NCBI GenBank assembly: GCA_963850305.1
Contig: CAWKKR010000008.1
Location: 1,408,001-1,472,000, forward strand
DNA: 64,000 nt
Direction of reading: 5' to 3'
Origin: an uncultured delta proteobacterium
GTDB taxonomy: Bacteria > Myxococcota_A > Polyangia > Polyangiales > Polyangiaceae
Part shown: positions 40,729 to 50,636 of the stretch, piece by piece
Layout of the letters: the number at the start of each line of letters is the position of its first letter
Numbering within the stretch: position 1 is the first letter of the stretch
The notes under the pieces: model-generated
Seen by the model: only the letters and a program-made list of their open reading frames with translations
What the model was told of the DNA's origin: nothing
Database searches by the model: none
Program-made: the position numbers and the translations under genes

Positions 40729-40801
40729 CAGCAGGTTTCATACCCGAGGTCGAAGATCGAGCGAGCTTCACGTCTGGCAGTCGGCGGCCCGGGCTTCGTC
40801 G

Positions 40802-40817
40802 TGGCATGCGCTATGCT
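40802..40817 (+). promoter_or_regulatory. putative sigma54 promoter (CBS gene)
   Basis: TGGCATGCGCTATGCT, GG-N10-GC. Confidence 0.65.
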
Positions 40818-40888
40818 AGCTGTGCTTTCCACCTACCAGGCGATGCCTCGATGGCCGCAGGGTCCTCCCCGGTCCCCAGAGGAACACT

Positions 40889-41299
40889 ATGACAGCAAGC
40901 CCTATAACTGCCTACATGGCCCACCACCCCCACACCATCGGCCGTGAACAAACGGTGGCCAAGGCTCACGAGGTGATGAGGAAGTACGGCATCCGTCATC
41001 TGCCCGTTCTGGACGGAGGACGCATCGTCGGGCTCGTTTCCGAGCGTGATCTCTTCGTCGTGGAAGGGCTGCGGGACGTCGATGCCGCACACGTTACGGT
41101 CGAAGAAGCGATGAGCCAGGACCCGTACGTCGTTCCCCCGACGAAGCCGCTCGGCGAGGTGGTACGGGAGATGGCCGCGCACAAGTACGGCTCGGTAATC
41201 GTTGCCAAGGATTCGGCGATCATCGGCGTGTTCACGACGGTGGACGCGCTGAAGGCGTTGAGCGACACGCAGACGTGGGAAGCGCGCCACCCATTCTGA
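40889..41299 (+). CDS. CBS-domain protein
   Basis: IRHLPV...GLVSERDL...GVFTTVDAL. Confidence 0.92.
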   Translation: MTASPITAYMAHHPHTIGREQTVAKAHEVMRKYGIRHLPVLDGGRIVGLVSERDLFVVEGLRDVDAAHVTVEEAMSQDPYVVPPTKPLGEVVREMAAHKYGSVIVAKDSAIIGVFTTVDALKALSDTQTWEARHPF

Positions 41300-41348
41300 G
41301 CCCGTGCGCGAAGGCCAGAAACAACTTTTCGACCGGATGAGCGAGCCC

Positions 41349-41364
41349 CGGCTAACATCTTGCT
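41349..41364 (+). promoter_or_regulatory. possible sigma54 promoter (USP gene)
   Basis: CGGCTAACATCTTGCT, GG-N10-GC with strong -12 TTGCT. Confidence 0.4.
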
Positions 41365-41393
41365 CTGCGGTGCCGTAGGAGACGGAGGTTTCG

Positions 41394-41834
41394 ATGAAGA
41401 GGATGCTCGTGGCCTTGGACGGTTCTGCTCGAAAGCATGACGTGCTCGGTGCAGCGATTGCGCTGGGGCGCAAGACTGGCGCGAAGCTGGTGCTCTTTCG
41501 CAGCGTTGGGATCCCGAGGGAATTGCCCGAGGAGGCCTATTCCCTTGCGCCCGACGCCGTCCCCGAGCTCCTTCACGCAGCGGCGATGAGAGAGCTCGAA
41601 AGCCTCCAGGTCGACGTTCCGAACGAGCTCCGGGGTCCCCTTCGAGTGCTCATCGGCGCCCCGTGGCAGACGATCGAACGCGTTGCCGTCGAGGAGGATG
41701 TCGATTTGATCGTCATCGGTTCGCACGGCTACGAAGGGGCCGATCGCCTGCTCGGCACGACGGCGGCAAAAGTCGTCAACCACGCAGACCGTGCCGTTCT
41801 CGTCGTTCGAGCTCCAGACCGGCTCAACAGGTGA
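41394..41834 (+). CDS. universal stress protein
   Basis: LVALDGS, DLIVIGSHG, LLGTTAAKVV. Confidence 0.93.
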   Translation: MKRMLVALDGSARKHDVLGAAIALGRKTGAKLVLFRSVGIPRELPEEAYSLAPDAVPELLHAAAMRELESLQVDVPNELRGPLRVLIGAPWQTIERVAVEEDVDLIVIGSHGYEGADRLLGTTAAKVVNHADRAVLVVRAPDRLNR

Positions 41835-43099
41835 TGCCGCGGGAGTTCCTCGCGGACGTCCCGCGCGACGCGGTCAAGATCGCGGTCGTGTTCGCGCTTG
41901 CGTTCTTGATCGGGCTCGAGCGCGAGGAACACAAGCAGCTCGACGCGACCTACTCCTTCGGCGGGATCCGGACGTTCCCACTCATCGCCCTCGTGAGCTA
42001 TGCGCTCGCGCTGATGTCGACGCCTCTCCTCGTCCCGTGGTCGATCGGATTCGCGGTCATCGGCGGACTCATGTTGCTTTCCTATCACCACCGGCTCGAG
42101 AGCCAGCCACCGAGGGGAATCACCACGGAAATCACGGCGCTGGCAACATACGTCATCGGCGGTCTCGTCGAGCACGAGCGTTACTGGATCGCGACGACGC
42201 TCGCCGTACTCAGTGTGCTGCTGCTCGAGCTGAAGAGGGGCCTCGAGGATCTGACCCGGCACATCGCCTCGGACGAGATCGTCACGGTCACGAAGTTTCT
42301 CGCCATCAGTGTCGTCCTGTTGCCGATTGTGCCCGATCGGGATCTCACCCGCTTTCAGATCAACCCGTTCAAGACCTGGCTCGTCGTGGTGGGTGTCAGT
42401 GGCGTCTCGTTCGCAAGTTACGTCGTTCAGCGGCTTCTGGAAGGCCGCGGCGGTCTGATCTTGTCGGCCGTTCTCGGCGGCGCGTACTCCTCGACGGTGA
42501 CGACCGTAGTGCTCGCCAAGCGGGCCAAGGAAGAGTCGCGCCCGAACCTGTTTGCCGGGAGCATTCTCACCGCGTCCGGGGTGATGTACGCAAGGCTCGT
42601 GCTCCTCGTGGCATTTTTCAACCGGACACTCGCGGCGCGGCTCGCGCCCGCCTTCGCGGGGCTGGCCGTCCTTGGGATCCTGGCAGGCTGGGTCGTCTCG
42701 AATCGACCCGACGGGGCCCGAGCAGTGCAGAAGCAACGACAGGCCCCGAAGAACCCCCTTGAACTCGGCTCGGCGTTCCTGTTTGCCGCCATCTTCGTTT
42801 TGATTCTCGTTCTGACGCACCTGGCTCGCGAGTTTCTCGGACGCGCTGGGCTATACTCGCTCGCGGCCATCATGGGGGTTACGGACGTCGACCCGTTCAT
42901 ATTGGGGCTCACTCAGATGAGCCCCCTCTCGACACCCCTTCGATTGGCGGTCGCGGCCATTGTCATTGCCGCAGCGAGCAACAATGTCATCAAGGGCATC
43001 TATGCATATGCGTTTGCCGACCGCGCGACGGGGCGGAAAAGTCTATCGCTTCTGTTCGCGCTCGCCTTGGTCGGGCTCGTCCCGCTCGTTTGGGTCTGA
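41834..43099 (+). CDS. MgtC/SapB-DUF4010 membrane protein
   Basis: IGLERE, GIRTF, GITTE, YSSTVTT, GVTDVD. Confidence 0.9.
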   Translation: MPREFLADVPRDAVKIAVVFALAFLIGLEREEHKQLDATYSFGGIRTFPLIALVSYALALMSTPLLVPWSIGFAVIGGLMLLSYHHRLESQPPRGITTEITALATYVIGGLVEHERYWIATTLAVLSVLLLELKRGLEDLTRHIASDEIVTVTKFLAISVVLLPIVPDRDLTRFQINPFKTWLVVVGVSGVSFASYVVQRLLEGRGGLILSAVLGGAYSSTVTTVVLAKRAKEESRPNLFAGSILTASGVMYARLVLLVAFFNRTLAARLAPAFAGLAVLGILAGWVVSNRPDGARAVQKQRQAPKNPLELGSAFLFAAIFVLILVLTHLAREFLGRAGLYSLAAIMGVTDVDPFILGLTQMSPLSTPLRLAVAAIVIAAASNNVIKGIYAYAFADRATGRKSLSLLFALALVGLVPLVWV

Positions 43100-43129
43100 A
43101 GGCGCTCACGACGGATCCCTCGCCGTCGC

Positions 43130-44503
43130 CTACCGACTGGTCTTCGAGAGACCGTATTCGTGCAGCCGGTATTGGATCGTTCGGACGCTGATATCGAGAA
43201 GTTCGGCCGCCTTCGTCGTGGAGCCGTCCGTCCCTTCCAGCGTCTTCGTGATCGCGTACCGCTCGATCTCGGCCATCGTGGATCCGGGAATGCGGAGCGG
43301 GCCAAGACCGTCGAGGGTCGTTTCGAAGGGAAGGTCTTCCACGTCGATGAGCTGCCCTTCGGTGAGTACGACGGCCCGCTCGATGGCATTCTCCAGCGCG
43401 CGAACGTTACCCGGCCAGCGGTGTCCGACGAGTTTCGCGCGCGCTTCTCTGGTGAACCCCTCGATACGCTTGTGATTGTCGAGCGCGAATCTCTTCAGAA
43501 AATGTTCCGCAAGCACGATTATGTCCAGGCCGCGAAGTCGGAGCGGCGGCATCTCGATCTGCACGACGTTCAGTCGGTAAAATAGGTCCTCTCGGAATTT
43601 CCCGTCGCTCACCGCCGTCGTGAGGTCCTTGTTGGTTGCGGCAATCACACGCACGTCCACGCTCACGGTCTCGTTCCCACCGACGCGTTCGAACATCCTC
43701 TCCTGGAGAACACGGAGGAGTTTCACCTGCGTCGATGGTGAAATCTCGCCGATTTCATCCAGGAAGAGGGTCCCGCCGTCGGCCTGCTCGAAGCGACCCG
43801 TGCGGCGCCGCTCCGCTCCGGTGAAGGCACCCTTCTCGTGTCCGAAGAGCTCGCTCTCGAGCAACGACTCGGCGAGCGCGGAGCAATTCAGCGTCACGAA
43901 CGGCTTCGCCGAGCGAGGTCCGAGCGCGTGGATCGCCCGCGCGAGCTCCCCCTTACCGGTTCCACTTTCCCCGGTCACGAGGACAGTCGCACGCGACGAA
44001 GCCACCTGCTTCGCGACGCGATAAACCTTCTGCATCACGGCACTCGTTCCGAGAAGCCCCTGGAGTCCATCGACGTCCCGGTCCTGGATCTGCCGGCGGA
44101 GATTTTCCGCCTCCACGCGGACGTCGCGATGCTCCAAGGCTCGTTCGATCGCGACCTCCAGGGCATCGAAGTCGAAAGGTTTCGACAGGTAGTCCTCGGC
44201 GCCCAATCGCATGGCCGAGACCGCGGCGGCCAGATCCTGGTGCGAGGTGACGACGATGACGGGAAGATGGGCGTTCGCTTCACGCACCTTCGCGAGCAGT
44301 TCCATCCCATCCATCCGCGGCATTTCGAGATCGGTCACCACGACGTCCGGGGGCCGCTCCGCCGCGATGGCGAGGGCGGCGACGCCGTCTTCGGCGGAGT
44401 CCACCTCGTATCCCCGGCCTCTGAGGAGCGGCACCAGGGCGGAGCGAGCCCCTGGCTCGTCATCGACGATGAGGATGCGTCCCTTGTTTTCCCGATTCGC
44501 CAT
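43130..44503 (-). CDS. sigma54-dependent response regulator (NtrC/AtoC family)
   Basis: REC domain, [27 protein letters not shown], Fis HTH. Confidence 0.96.
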   Translation of the reverse strand: MANRENKGRILIVDDEPGARSALVPLLRGRGYEVDSAEDGVAALAIAAERPPDVVVTDLEMPRMDGMELLAKVREANAHLPVIVVTSHQDLAAAVSAMRLGAEDYLSKPFDFDALEVAIERALEHRDVRVEAENLRRQIQDRDVDGLQGLLGTSAVMQKVYRVAKQVASSRATVLVTGESGTGKGELARAIHALGPRSAKPFVTLNCSALAESLLESELFGHEKGAFTGAERRRTGRFEQADGGTLFLDEIGEISPSTQVKLLRVLQERMFERVGGNETVSVDVRVIAATNKDLTTAVSDGKFREDLFYRLNVVQIEMPPLRLRGLDIIVLAEHFLKRFALDNHKRIEGFTREARAKLVGHRWPGNVRALENAIERAVVLTEGQLIDVEDLPFETTLDGLGPLRIPGSTMAEIERYAITKTLEGTDGSTTKAAELLDISVRTIQYRLHEYGLSKTSR

Positions 44504-44819
44504 GCTGGCTCCTGTCACGTCGCCTTCGAGAGGCTAGTTCCGATGGGTACATTACGCGTTGCGGGACGTCCCGGTATCGCGAATCGTAAGGACCTGAATG
44601 CGCGACATACGGGCGAGCACGTGTCGAAGTTGGTCATTTCGGCGACTCTCTGCACCTCATGTGCCAGCTCGGAGCAGGTGGGCGTCGGCGCCGCGGAGGG
44701 CCAACCGGCAGCCGTCGTCTGCGAGGCAAGGGTCCGCAAGACAAGGTAGGAGGATCTCGTCTTCAGCCTCGCGCACGAGGGGTGCAGCGACTACGATCGC
44801 AGGCACGGAATTTTCGAGC

Positions 44820-45149
44820 ATGAAAACGGCCAAAGCAAAACTCGTCGCGATCGTCTTTCCGTTCGGTACGGCCGATCGTCTCGTGCCCGAGCTCGAGCGC
44901 CTCGGCGTGTCCGGGTACACGAGCTGGCGTGTGGACGGGGCTGGCTTCGAAGGAACGCGCCGCTACGGTCTCGTAGACGGCGCCAATGTGCGCCTGGAAA
45001 CGGTCGTCACGCCACAGATCTGCGACCGGATCCTCCAGTATCTGCTCGAGAATTATTCCGATGTTGCACTCATCGCGCATGCGCACGACGTCCAGGCCAT
45101 CCCTCGGGAGCACTTCGTCTCGTCGCCGGATATCGAGTTCGTGAGATGA
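44820..45149 (+). CDS. P-II-like (SbtB/DUF190-type) protein
   Basis: LERLGVSGYT...GAG.EG...NVRLETVV. Confidence 0.75.
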   Translation: MKTAKAKLVAIVFPFGTADRLVPELERLGVSGYTSWRVDGAGFEGTRRYGLVDGANVRLETVVTPQICDRILQYLLENYSDVALIAHAHDVQAIPREHFVSSPDIEFVR

Positions 45150-46141
45150 AGATGCCCTACGCGCTCGGCGCGGCGATGCTGATCGCCGCCGCATTTGGAT
45201 TCGGCTACGCGGGCCGCGTCCACCCGACGACATCGTCCACGCACCCGGATGCTCCCGGCGCTCCGGCTGCTGTCGTGGAGAGCGGCGAGGGCACGACTGC
45301 AGGCCTCGCCATCTCGGGCCGCGTCGTGGAGACGATCGACGTGGCGAAGTACACTTATCTCCGTCTCGCCACCGCTCGAGGGGAGACCTGGGCGGCCGTT
45401 CCGAAGAGCGCGGTCGCTCGGGGGGCATCCGTCACCGTCACGAACGCCGCACCCATGGAGCATTTCACGAGCACCACCCTGAAGCGGACGTTTGACGTCA
45501 TTTACTTCGGATCGCTCGCGGGAAAGGGCGAAGTCAGCGGAAATCTCCCCCCGGAGTCCGAGCAACCGATCAACGGGCATGTCGAGGCGGCGAACGATCC
45601 GGGAATCCCCGAGGCGCTCCTCGATAATCCGAGCGGCGCCCTGCCGCCCGGCCACCCGAGCATCGGTAACGGCGCCATGCCCCTCGTGAATGGCGATCAG
45701 GCGTTGCCTCCGGGTCACCCCAGCATCGACGACCCCGGCGCTTTGCCGGCAACCGGAGCATTGCCCCCTGGGCACCCTGGTGATGTGCCGAACACCGCAC
45801 CCGTGGCGATCCCGAAGCTCGTGCGCGCAGCGGGCCCGAACGGCTTCCGCATCGTCGATCTGTTCGCCAATGAACGACGGCTCGTCGGGCAGACCGTGCG
45901 AGTGCGCGCGATGGTGACGAAGGTGACTCCAGACGTGCTCGGAATGACGTTTCTTCACGCGAAAGACGGCAGCGGGGACGCAGCAGCGAAGACGGACGAC
46001 ATCGCCGTGATGACCTCGGCTCGACCGGCTCGAGGCGCCGTCGTCGTGTTCGAGGGTGTTCTGCGAATGAACGCGGATCTCGGTATCGGATATCGCTACC
46101 CCGCACTCCTCGACAAGGCGACGGTCGTGAGGACCGATTGA
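45146..46141 (+). CDS. exported two-OB-fold protein (NrfJ-like) with LPPGHP repeats
   Basis: Signal peptide, GRVVETIDVAKYTYL, WAAVP, three LPPGHP copies, second OB domain with LGIGYRY. Confidence 0.72.
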   Translation: MKMPYALGAAMLIAAAFGFGYAGRVHPTTSSTHPDAPGAPAAVVESGEGTTAGLAISGRVVETIDVAKYTYLRLATARGETWAAVPKSAVARGASVTVTNAAPMEHFTSTTLKRTFDVIYFGSLAGKGEVSGNLPPESEQPINGHVEAANDPGIPEALLDNPSGALPPGHPSIGNGAMPLVNGDQALPPGHPSIDDPGALPATGALPPGHPGDVPNTAPVAIPKLVRAAGPNGFRIVDLFANERRLVGQTVRVRAMVTKVTPDVLGMTFLHAKDGSGDAAAKTDDIAVMTSARPARGAVVVFEGVLRMNADLGIGYRYPALLDKATVVRTD

Positions 46142-46151
46142 GCGCCGAGCT

Positions 46152-47489
46152 TCACGGGCGGGTCGGGAGCGTCGCCGGCGGCTTACCCGTGATTGCCTTG
46201 ACCGAGTCGTACAGCAGTTCCCGGACATAAACCGGGTTGTGGACACCGCCTGCCGCCCCTCGGCCGAGAAGCAGGTAGTTGTACAGAGCGCCGGCTTGGT
46301 CGGCGGTGAGCGGCGCCGTGACACCGCCGTCGGATTCCGGCGAATAGTTCTGCGGGCGTACCTGGTCCGTCTGGAACTGATTGTCGGCGAGATCCGTGCT
46401 CGAAAGAGGTCCGTATGGCGCGGCCGTGTCGCGCGTGAGCCAGCCCTTGCCGTTGAGCGCGACGCGCAGCTCCTGGATACCCGCTTCCATCAAACTCTGC
46501 CCACCGATCACGTCGAAGCTGGTGGCCGTCGCGTGGCAACCCGACTGCTGGCACGTGCTGAGCTGTGGAGCGAAGGAGTGATCCCCGATGCCCATGTTCG
46601 TCGCGACGGGCGGCATGTGGCACTCGATGCAACCATCCTTGAACGCCTGGTGCGATGACGTCTTGTAGATCTGACCGGCGTAATGATACCCGCCCTTGCC
46701 GGTGTAGATGTCCGCCTGCGGTCCCTCGTGCGGCCCCCAATACGTGGTCGTGAGCTTGTTCGATGCGGTAATGAAGTTCGTCACGTCCTTGCGTGACTTG
46801 TGGCAGAAGATGCACGCGTTCCCTTTGCCATAAGGGCCCGCCTGGGTTCCGTCGGAAACACCGACGGCGGAGCTCTTCTCGACGAGCATCTGATCCGTCG
46901 GGTCCGTCGGAACCCGGAGCGGAAACGAGCCCGGCGTGTAGTTCTTTCCGGTCACGTGAGGGTCGTTACTCTGGTCCACCTCGTGACATGTCGTGCAGTC
47001 CACCTCCGCGACGGTGGCGCTGCCCGCGTAGGTGGATTCCGTGATCGTGTCGTTCACGCTGTTCAGGTAGTTGACCTGACCGAGCGCCGAGTGAGGACCC
47101 GTGGTTCCGAGGTGGTTCACGGTTCCCGCAAGGCGAAGCGCGACGCCGTCGATCGCGTGGCAGTTTCCGCACGGCTCGTTTCCCGTCCAGTCGGCGACCT
47201 CGGAGCCCCCGAGGTTCGCGATGTACGTCGCGTAGTGCGTGCTTGCTTGCCACTCCGCGACGATCCCGGTGAAGCCGTGGCACGGCGAAAGGCAGCTCGT
47301 CGACAGCGCGACGCCCGCGTCGGGGCCGGCGTCGATGCTCGTCATCAGTCCGGGCGGCCCTTGTTGCCCCGACAATCCTTGCGGTCCCGCGTCGCCCCGT
47401 GCTCCGCGTGCTCCCGGCGGCCCCGCAGGCCCGGTACAAGCGATCGACACCGTTCCAAGTGCAAGGACCCAATACAAGCGCGTGATCAT
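46152..47489 (-). CDS. hexaheme c-type cytochrome lipoprotein (OmcB-like C-terminus)
   Basis: SIAC lipobox, G-x-x collagen-like linker, CLSPCH, CGNCH, CTTCH, CIFCH, CIECH, CQQSGCH, GVHNPVY...LLYDS. Confidence 0.85.
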   Translation of the reverse strand: MITRLYWVLALGTVSIACTGPAGPPGARGARGDAGPQGLSGQQGPPGLMTSIDAGPDAGVALSTSCLSPCHGFTGIVAEWQASTHYATYIANLGGSEVADWTGNEPCGNCHAIDGVALRLAGTVNHLGTTGPHSALGQVNYLNSVNDTITESTYAGSATVAEVDCTTCHEVDQSNDPHVTGKNYTPGSFPLRVPTDPTDQMLVEKSSAVGVSDGTQAGPYGKGNACIFCHKSRKDVTNFITASNKLTTTYWGPHEGPQADIYTGKGGYHYAGQIYKTSSHQAFKDGCIECHMPPVATNMGIGDHSFAPQLSTCQQSGCHATATSFDVIGGQSLMEAGIQELRVALNGKGWLTRDTAAPYGPLSSTDLADNQFQTDQVRPQNYSPESDGGVTAPLTADQAGALYNYLLLGRGAAGGVHNPVYVRELLYDSVKAITGKPPATLPTRP

Positions 47490-47545
47490 GAAGCCCCTCG
47501 TTCCGGGTGGTAGGCGTGCCCTTCACCGAGCAATCAGCAGGTCTA

Positions 47546-47561
47546 CGCAACAAGCAGGCCA
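47546..47561 (-). promoter_or_regulatory. putative sigma54 promoter (hexaheme cytochrome)
   Basis: TGGCCTGCTTGTTGCG, GG-N10-GC. Confidence 0.6.
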
Positions 47562-47651
47562 CTCTCTCGGCCGGGAAGGGGCGCGTGTCAACGGGCCGAT
47601 TCGTGTCAGTGGAATGAACGGTTTGCGTGGAGGTGCACCGTTTGCACGAGG

Positions 47652-47924
47652 TCACTCTGGCGCATTCTTTGCTGTGTCCTCCTCATTCGAACCAGATGTT
47701 TCGGCCGGAGCCGGGTGAACCGCGTCGATGAGCACGCCGCAAAAGAAACACCCTAGCGACGCGATGCCAATCATGTGTCCGAAGCTCATCGCGAAGATGA
47801 CGGGCAGAGGCTTTCCGGAAACGACCGCGAAAGACATGATCGCGAGTCCCAGGAGTGCCAGCACGCACGCGAGCCAGACGAGCCGAGGCACGGACCAGCG
47901 AGCCAGTCTCGACAGCACGTTCAT
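47652..47924 (-). CDS. small 2-TM membrane protein coupled to the NapC/NirT gene
   Basis: ATG overlaps the upstream TGA; two hydrophobic helices. Confidence 0.7.
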   Translation of the reverse strand: MNVLSRLARWSVPRLVWLACVLALLGLAIMSFAVVSGKPLPVIFAMSFGHMIGIASLGCFFCGVLIDAVHPAPAETSGSNEEDTAKNAPE

Positions 47925-48610
47925 GGGGACGCTCCCGTCGAACCGGGGGACGAAGTTGCCGTCTTCGATCGAACGGCGGGAGACGGTTCCAGGGCCGCAA
48001 CCTTGGTGAACGGATGCGCGTAGCCATGGCACCCGGCGCTGACGCAGCTCACCTTGTTCTCGTCGAGCTCCACCTTCAGCGACAGATGATCGGGAACGCG
48101 TCGCCAGTCCTCGGCGGTGGTCGTGTGACACTGGCGGCAGTTGCGGTTATCGTACGGCTTTCGAAGACGAATCACCCTCTCCGCCTGCGCGAGCGACATC
48201 CGATCGTAGCCGCGCAAGTAGTACATGTAGACGTGCCGCATGCCCCCGAGCTTCGTCAGGGCGTAACCGAACATGCCGTAATCGGCGTGGCACACGTAGC
48301 AGCTCTCCCCGCCGAAGAACGGGTTGCGCGAGTGGCGTGCCGCGAGGGATTGACTCGTCGGATCGGAAGAGTCCTCGTAATGGGCTTCCATCACGTGACA
48401 CGACCCGCAAAACGACCGCTCTTCGGTCCGCTGCATGCCCGCGGCCGTGGAGCTCGCCGCGACGATCGCGGGCAGCACGCCTAGACCGACGAGAAGCCAT
48501 AGCTTGACGGACAGGTCGAGGGCCGGCTTCTTGACCAGGTAGACCACCAGGATCGACGCCGCCACTGCGGCGGTCGACAGCGCAACGATGCCCGTCCACT
48601 CGATGTGCAC
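47921..48610 (-). CDS. NapC/NirT/CymA-family tetraheme quinol dehydrogenase
   Basis: Two N-terminal TMs, FCGSCHVM, CYVCH, NCRQCH, CVSAGCH. Confidence 0.88.
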   Translation of the reverse strand: MHIEWTGIVALSTAAVAASILVVYLVKKPALDLSVKLWLLVGLGVLPAIVAASSTAAGMQRTEERSFCGSCHVMEAHYEDSSDPTSQSLAARHSRNPFFGGESCYVCHADYGMFGYALTKLGGMRHVYMYYLRGYDRMSLAQAERVIRLRKPYDNRNCRQCHTTTAEDWRRVPDHLSLKVELDENKVSCVSAGCHGYAHPFTKVAALEPSPAVRSKTATSSPGSTGASP

Positions 48611-48758
48611 GCCCGGATAGTAGGCATCCGCGTACGTCGCGCAAAGGGTTCGTTCATCGGACGTGACGTTCGTCCTCGGGGTTGTGTCTCGGCCTCGGTT
48701 TCTCGTCCTTATTCGAAACCGTCACAGGAAGCGGATCCGTGGATATCATCCGGCTCCG

Positions 48759-50519
48759 TTGTCGCCACGAGTTCGCGCTTTTTCGTCACTCGCTCTGGGG
48801 ATCGCCATCATCGTCGCGATCGTCGCCGCTTGCTCGGCGCCGGAATCGACGGGGACGGGACACCGCGCGCCGGGACTGGGCGTGTACATCCCGCTCGCGT
48901 GGAAGACGGATCGTGTCGTGAGCGGGCACGCGAGGCACGTCGTCGAGCTTCACATCCCCTGCACGCGGTGCCATGCGCTCACCGCCGACTCGATGGGCAC
49001 CGTCTCACCGATTCGCTGCGCCGCCTGCCACGCCGAGCAGGCACGCTTCGATCACGCCGAACGAGAGGCTCGGAAGAAGTTCGGTCCCGCCGTGTCGACC
49101 GACTGCATGACCTGCCACATGTTCACGGTGGAAGGCGCGGGGCGTCCGGCGGCGGAACTGCTCGCGAGCGTGCCGCCGCCGACGGCTTGCGGGCGTTGCC
49201 ACGCCTCCAAGGGGAACGATGCGCCGCAGGTCGAGGTGCACGCAACGAGTGCGTGCGTGACGTGTCACACGCCCCACGAGAATGGCAAGCCCCACGGCGG
49301 TCCGTGCGCTGATTGCCACCAGGACATCAAGACCGAACACGCAAGCGCGGGCAAGACGCCGAGCGAAGTCTGCACCACGTGTCACTCCCACCAGCACGCA
49401 CCAGCCTCCGCCGCGATCGGCGCCTGCGTGACCTGCCATGCGAGTCACGAGCCCGTCATTCCGGTCACCGCGCTCTTCGCGGGCGGACATACCGAGTGCA
49501 TCGGGTGCCACCGGCCACACGATTTCACACCGGCGAGCGTCGTGCCTTGCCGGTCGTGTCACGAGAACCAGCATGTGCTCGCCGAGTCCATCGTGCCCGC
49601 GCATGCACGGTGCGAGAGCTGTCACGCGCCGCACGACGTTCGCGGCGTGAGCGACCAGGTCTGCTTCACCTGCCACGCGAACGTGCACTCCGACCACCCA
49701 AAGCAGGCCGCGGGGTCTTGCATTGGATGCCATAATCCGCACCCACACGAGGCGGCGACGGCCGTGATTGCCAGGCCGTGCAGCAACTGCCACCAGATAG
49801 CGGCGTCCGATCATGCCTTCCACGGCGGCATCGCGTGCGAGACCTGCCACCAGCCACACCAATTCAAGCTCACGCTCGCGAGCACGGTTCTCTGTCGAAA
49901 CTGCCACGCGAAGCAGGTCACCCTGGTATCGACGAACGCCGGACACCAGGCGTGCGAAGGATGTCATCGCGGGCTTCCGCACCAGCCGGCGAAGGTCGAG
50001 GTGCCCTGCGCGACGTGCCATGCGGCCGTCGTGGCCGTGGTCACGAAAGGTCACTCCGAGTGCACCCAGTGCCACGAGCCGCACAGCGGCGCATTCGCGG
50101 CCGTGTGCAAGACGTGTCACGCGGTCGAGCAACAAACCGCCCCTCCTGGCCACCAGGCGTGCACGAACTGCCACGACCAGCACAACGGCGTTCAGAAGGC
50201 CCCCTGCGCCGCCTGCCACCAAGTCGAAGCCGCCTCCGAGCACGGCAAGATCGCGGGCGGTTGCACCAACTGTCATCGACCGCACGGCCCGGGCGGCATC
50301 TTCGCGCCGCCCGCGTGCACCACCTGCCATCAACCCGCGCAGCTACCAGGGCTTCACAGCATCCCGAAGCACCAGCTCTGCATGAACTGCCACACCGGTC
50401 ACGGCGACCCGACCGCGCCCCTCCGCACGCCGTGCCTCACGTGCCACACGGATCGCAAAGATCATTTCCCCGACGCCCCGAGTTGCACGAGCTGTCATCT
50501 CTTCGGGCCGACGAAGTGA
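48759..50519 (+). CDS. 27-heme c-type cytochrome lipoprotein
   Basis: IVAAC lipobox; 27 CxxCH motifs counted; start TTG 48759 or GTG 48663. Confidence 0.88.
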   Translation: MSPRVRAFSSLALGIAIIVAIVAACSAPESTGTGHRAPGLGVYIPLAWKTDRVVSGHARHVVELHIPCTRCHALTADSMGTVSPIRCAACHAEQARFDHAEREARKKFGPAVSTDCMTCHMFTVEGAGRPAAELLASVPPPTACGRCHASKGNDAPQVEVHATSACVTCHTPHENGKPHGGPCADCHQDIKTEHASAGKTPSEVCTTCHSHQHAPASAAIGACVTCHASHEPVIPVTALFAGGHTECIGCHRPHDFTPASVVPCRSCHENQHVLAESIVPAHARCESCHAPHDVRGVSDQVCFTCHANVHSDHPKQAAGSCIGCHNPHPHEAATAVIARPCSNCHQIAASDHAFHGGIACETCHQPHQFKLTLASTVLCRNCHAKQVTLVSTNAGHQACEGCHRGLPHQPAKVEVPCATCHAAVVAVVTKGHSECTQCHEPHSGAFAAVCKTCHAVEQQTAPPGHQACTNCHDQHNGVQKAPCAACHQVEAASEHGKIAGGCTNCHRPHGPGGIFAPPACTTCHQPAQLPGLHSIPKHQLCMNCHTGHGDPTAPLRTPCLTCHTDRKDHFPDAPSCTSCHLFGPTK

Positions 50520-50636
50520 TCGCGCCACCGCGCGGTCAATCGACGCCGGACGCTCGTGCCGAAGCTTCTCCCGTGACCGAGGAGCGCCTCGGGGCCCTCC
50601 CGAAATGGGAGGAGGCTCACATACGTCACACCCACG

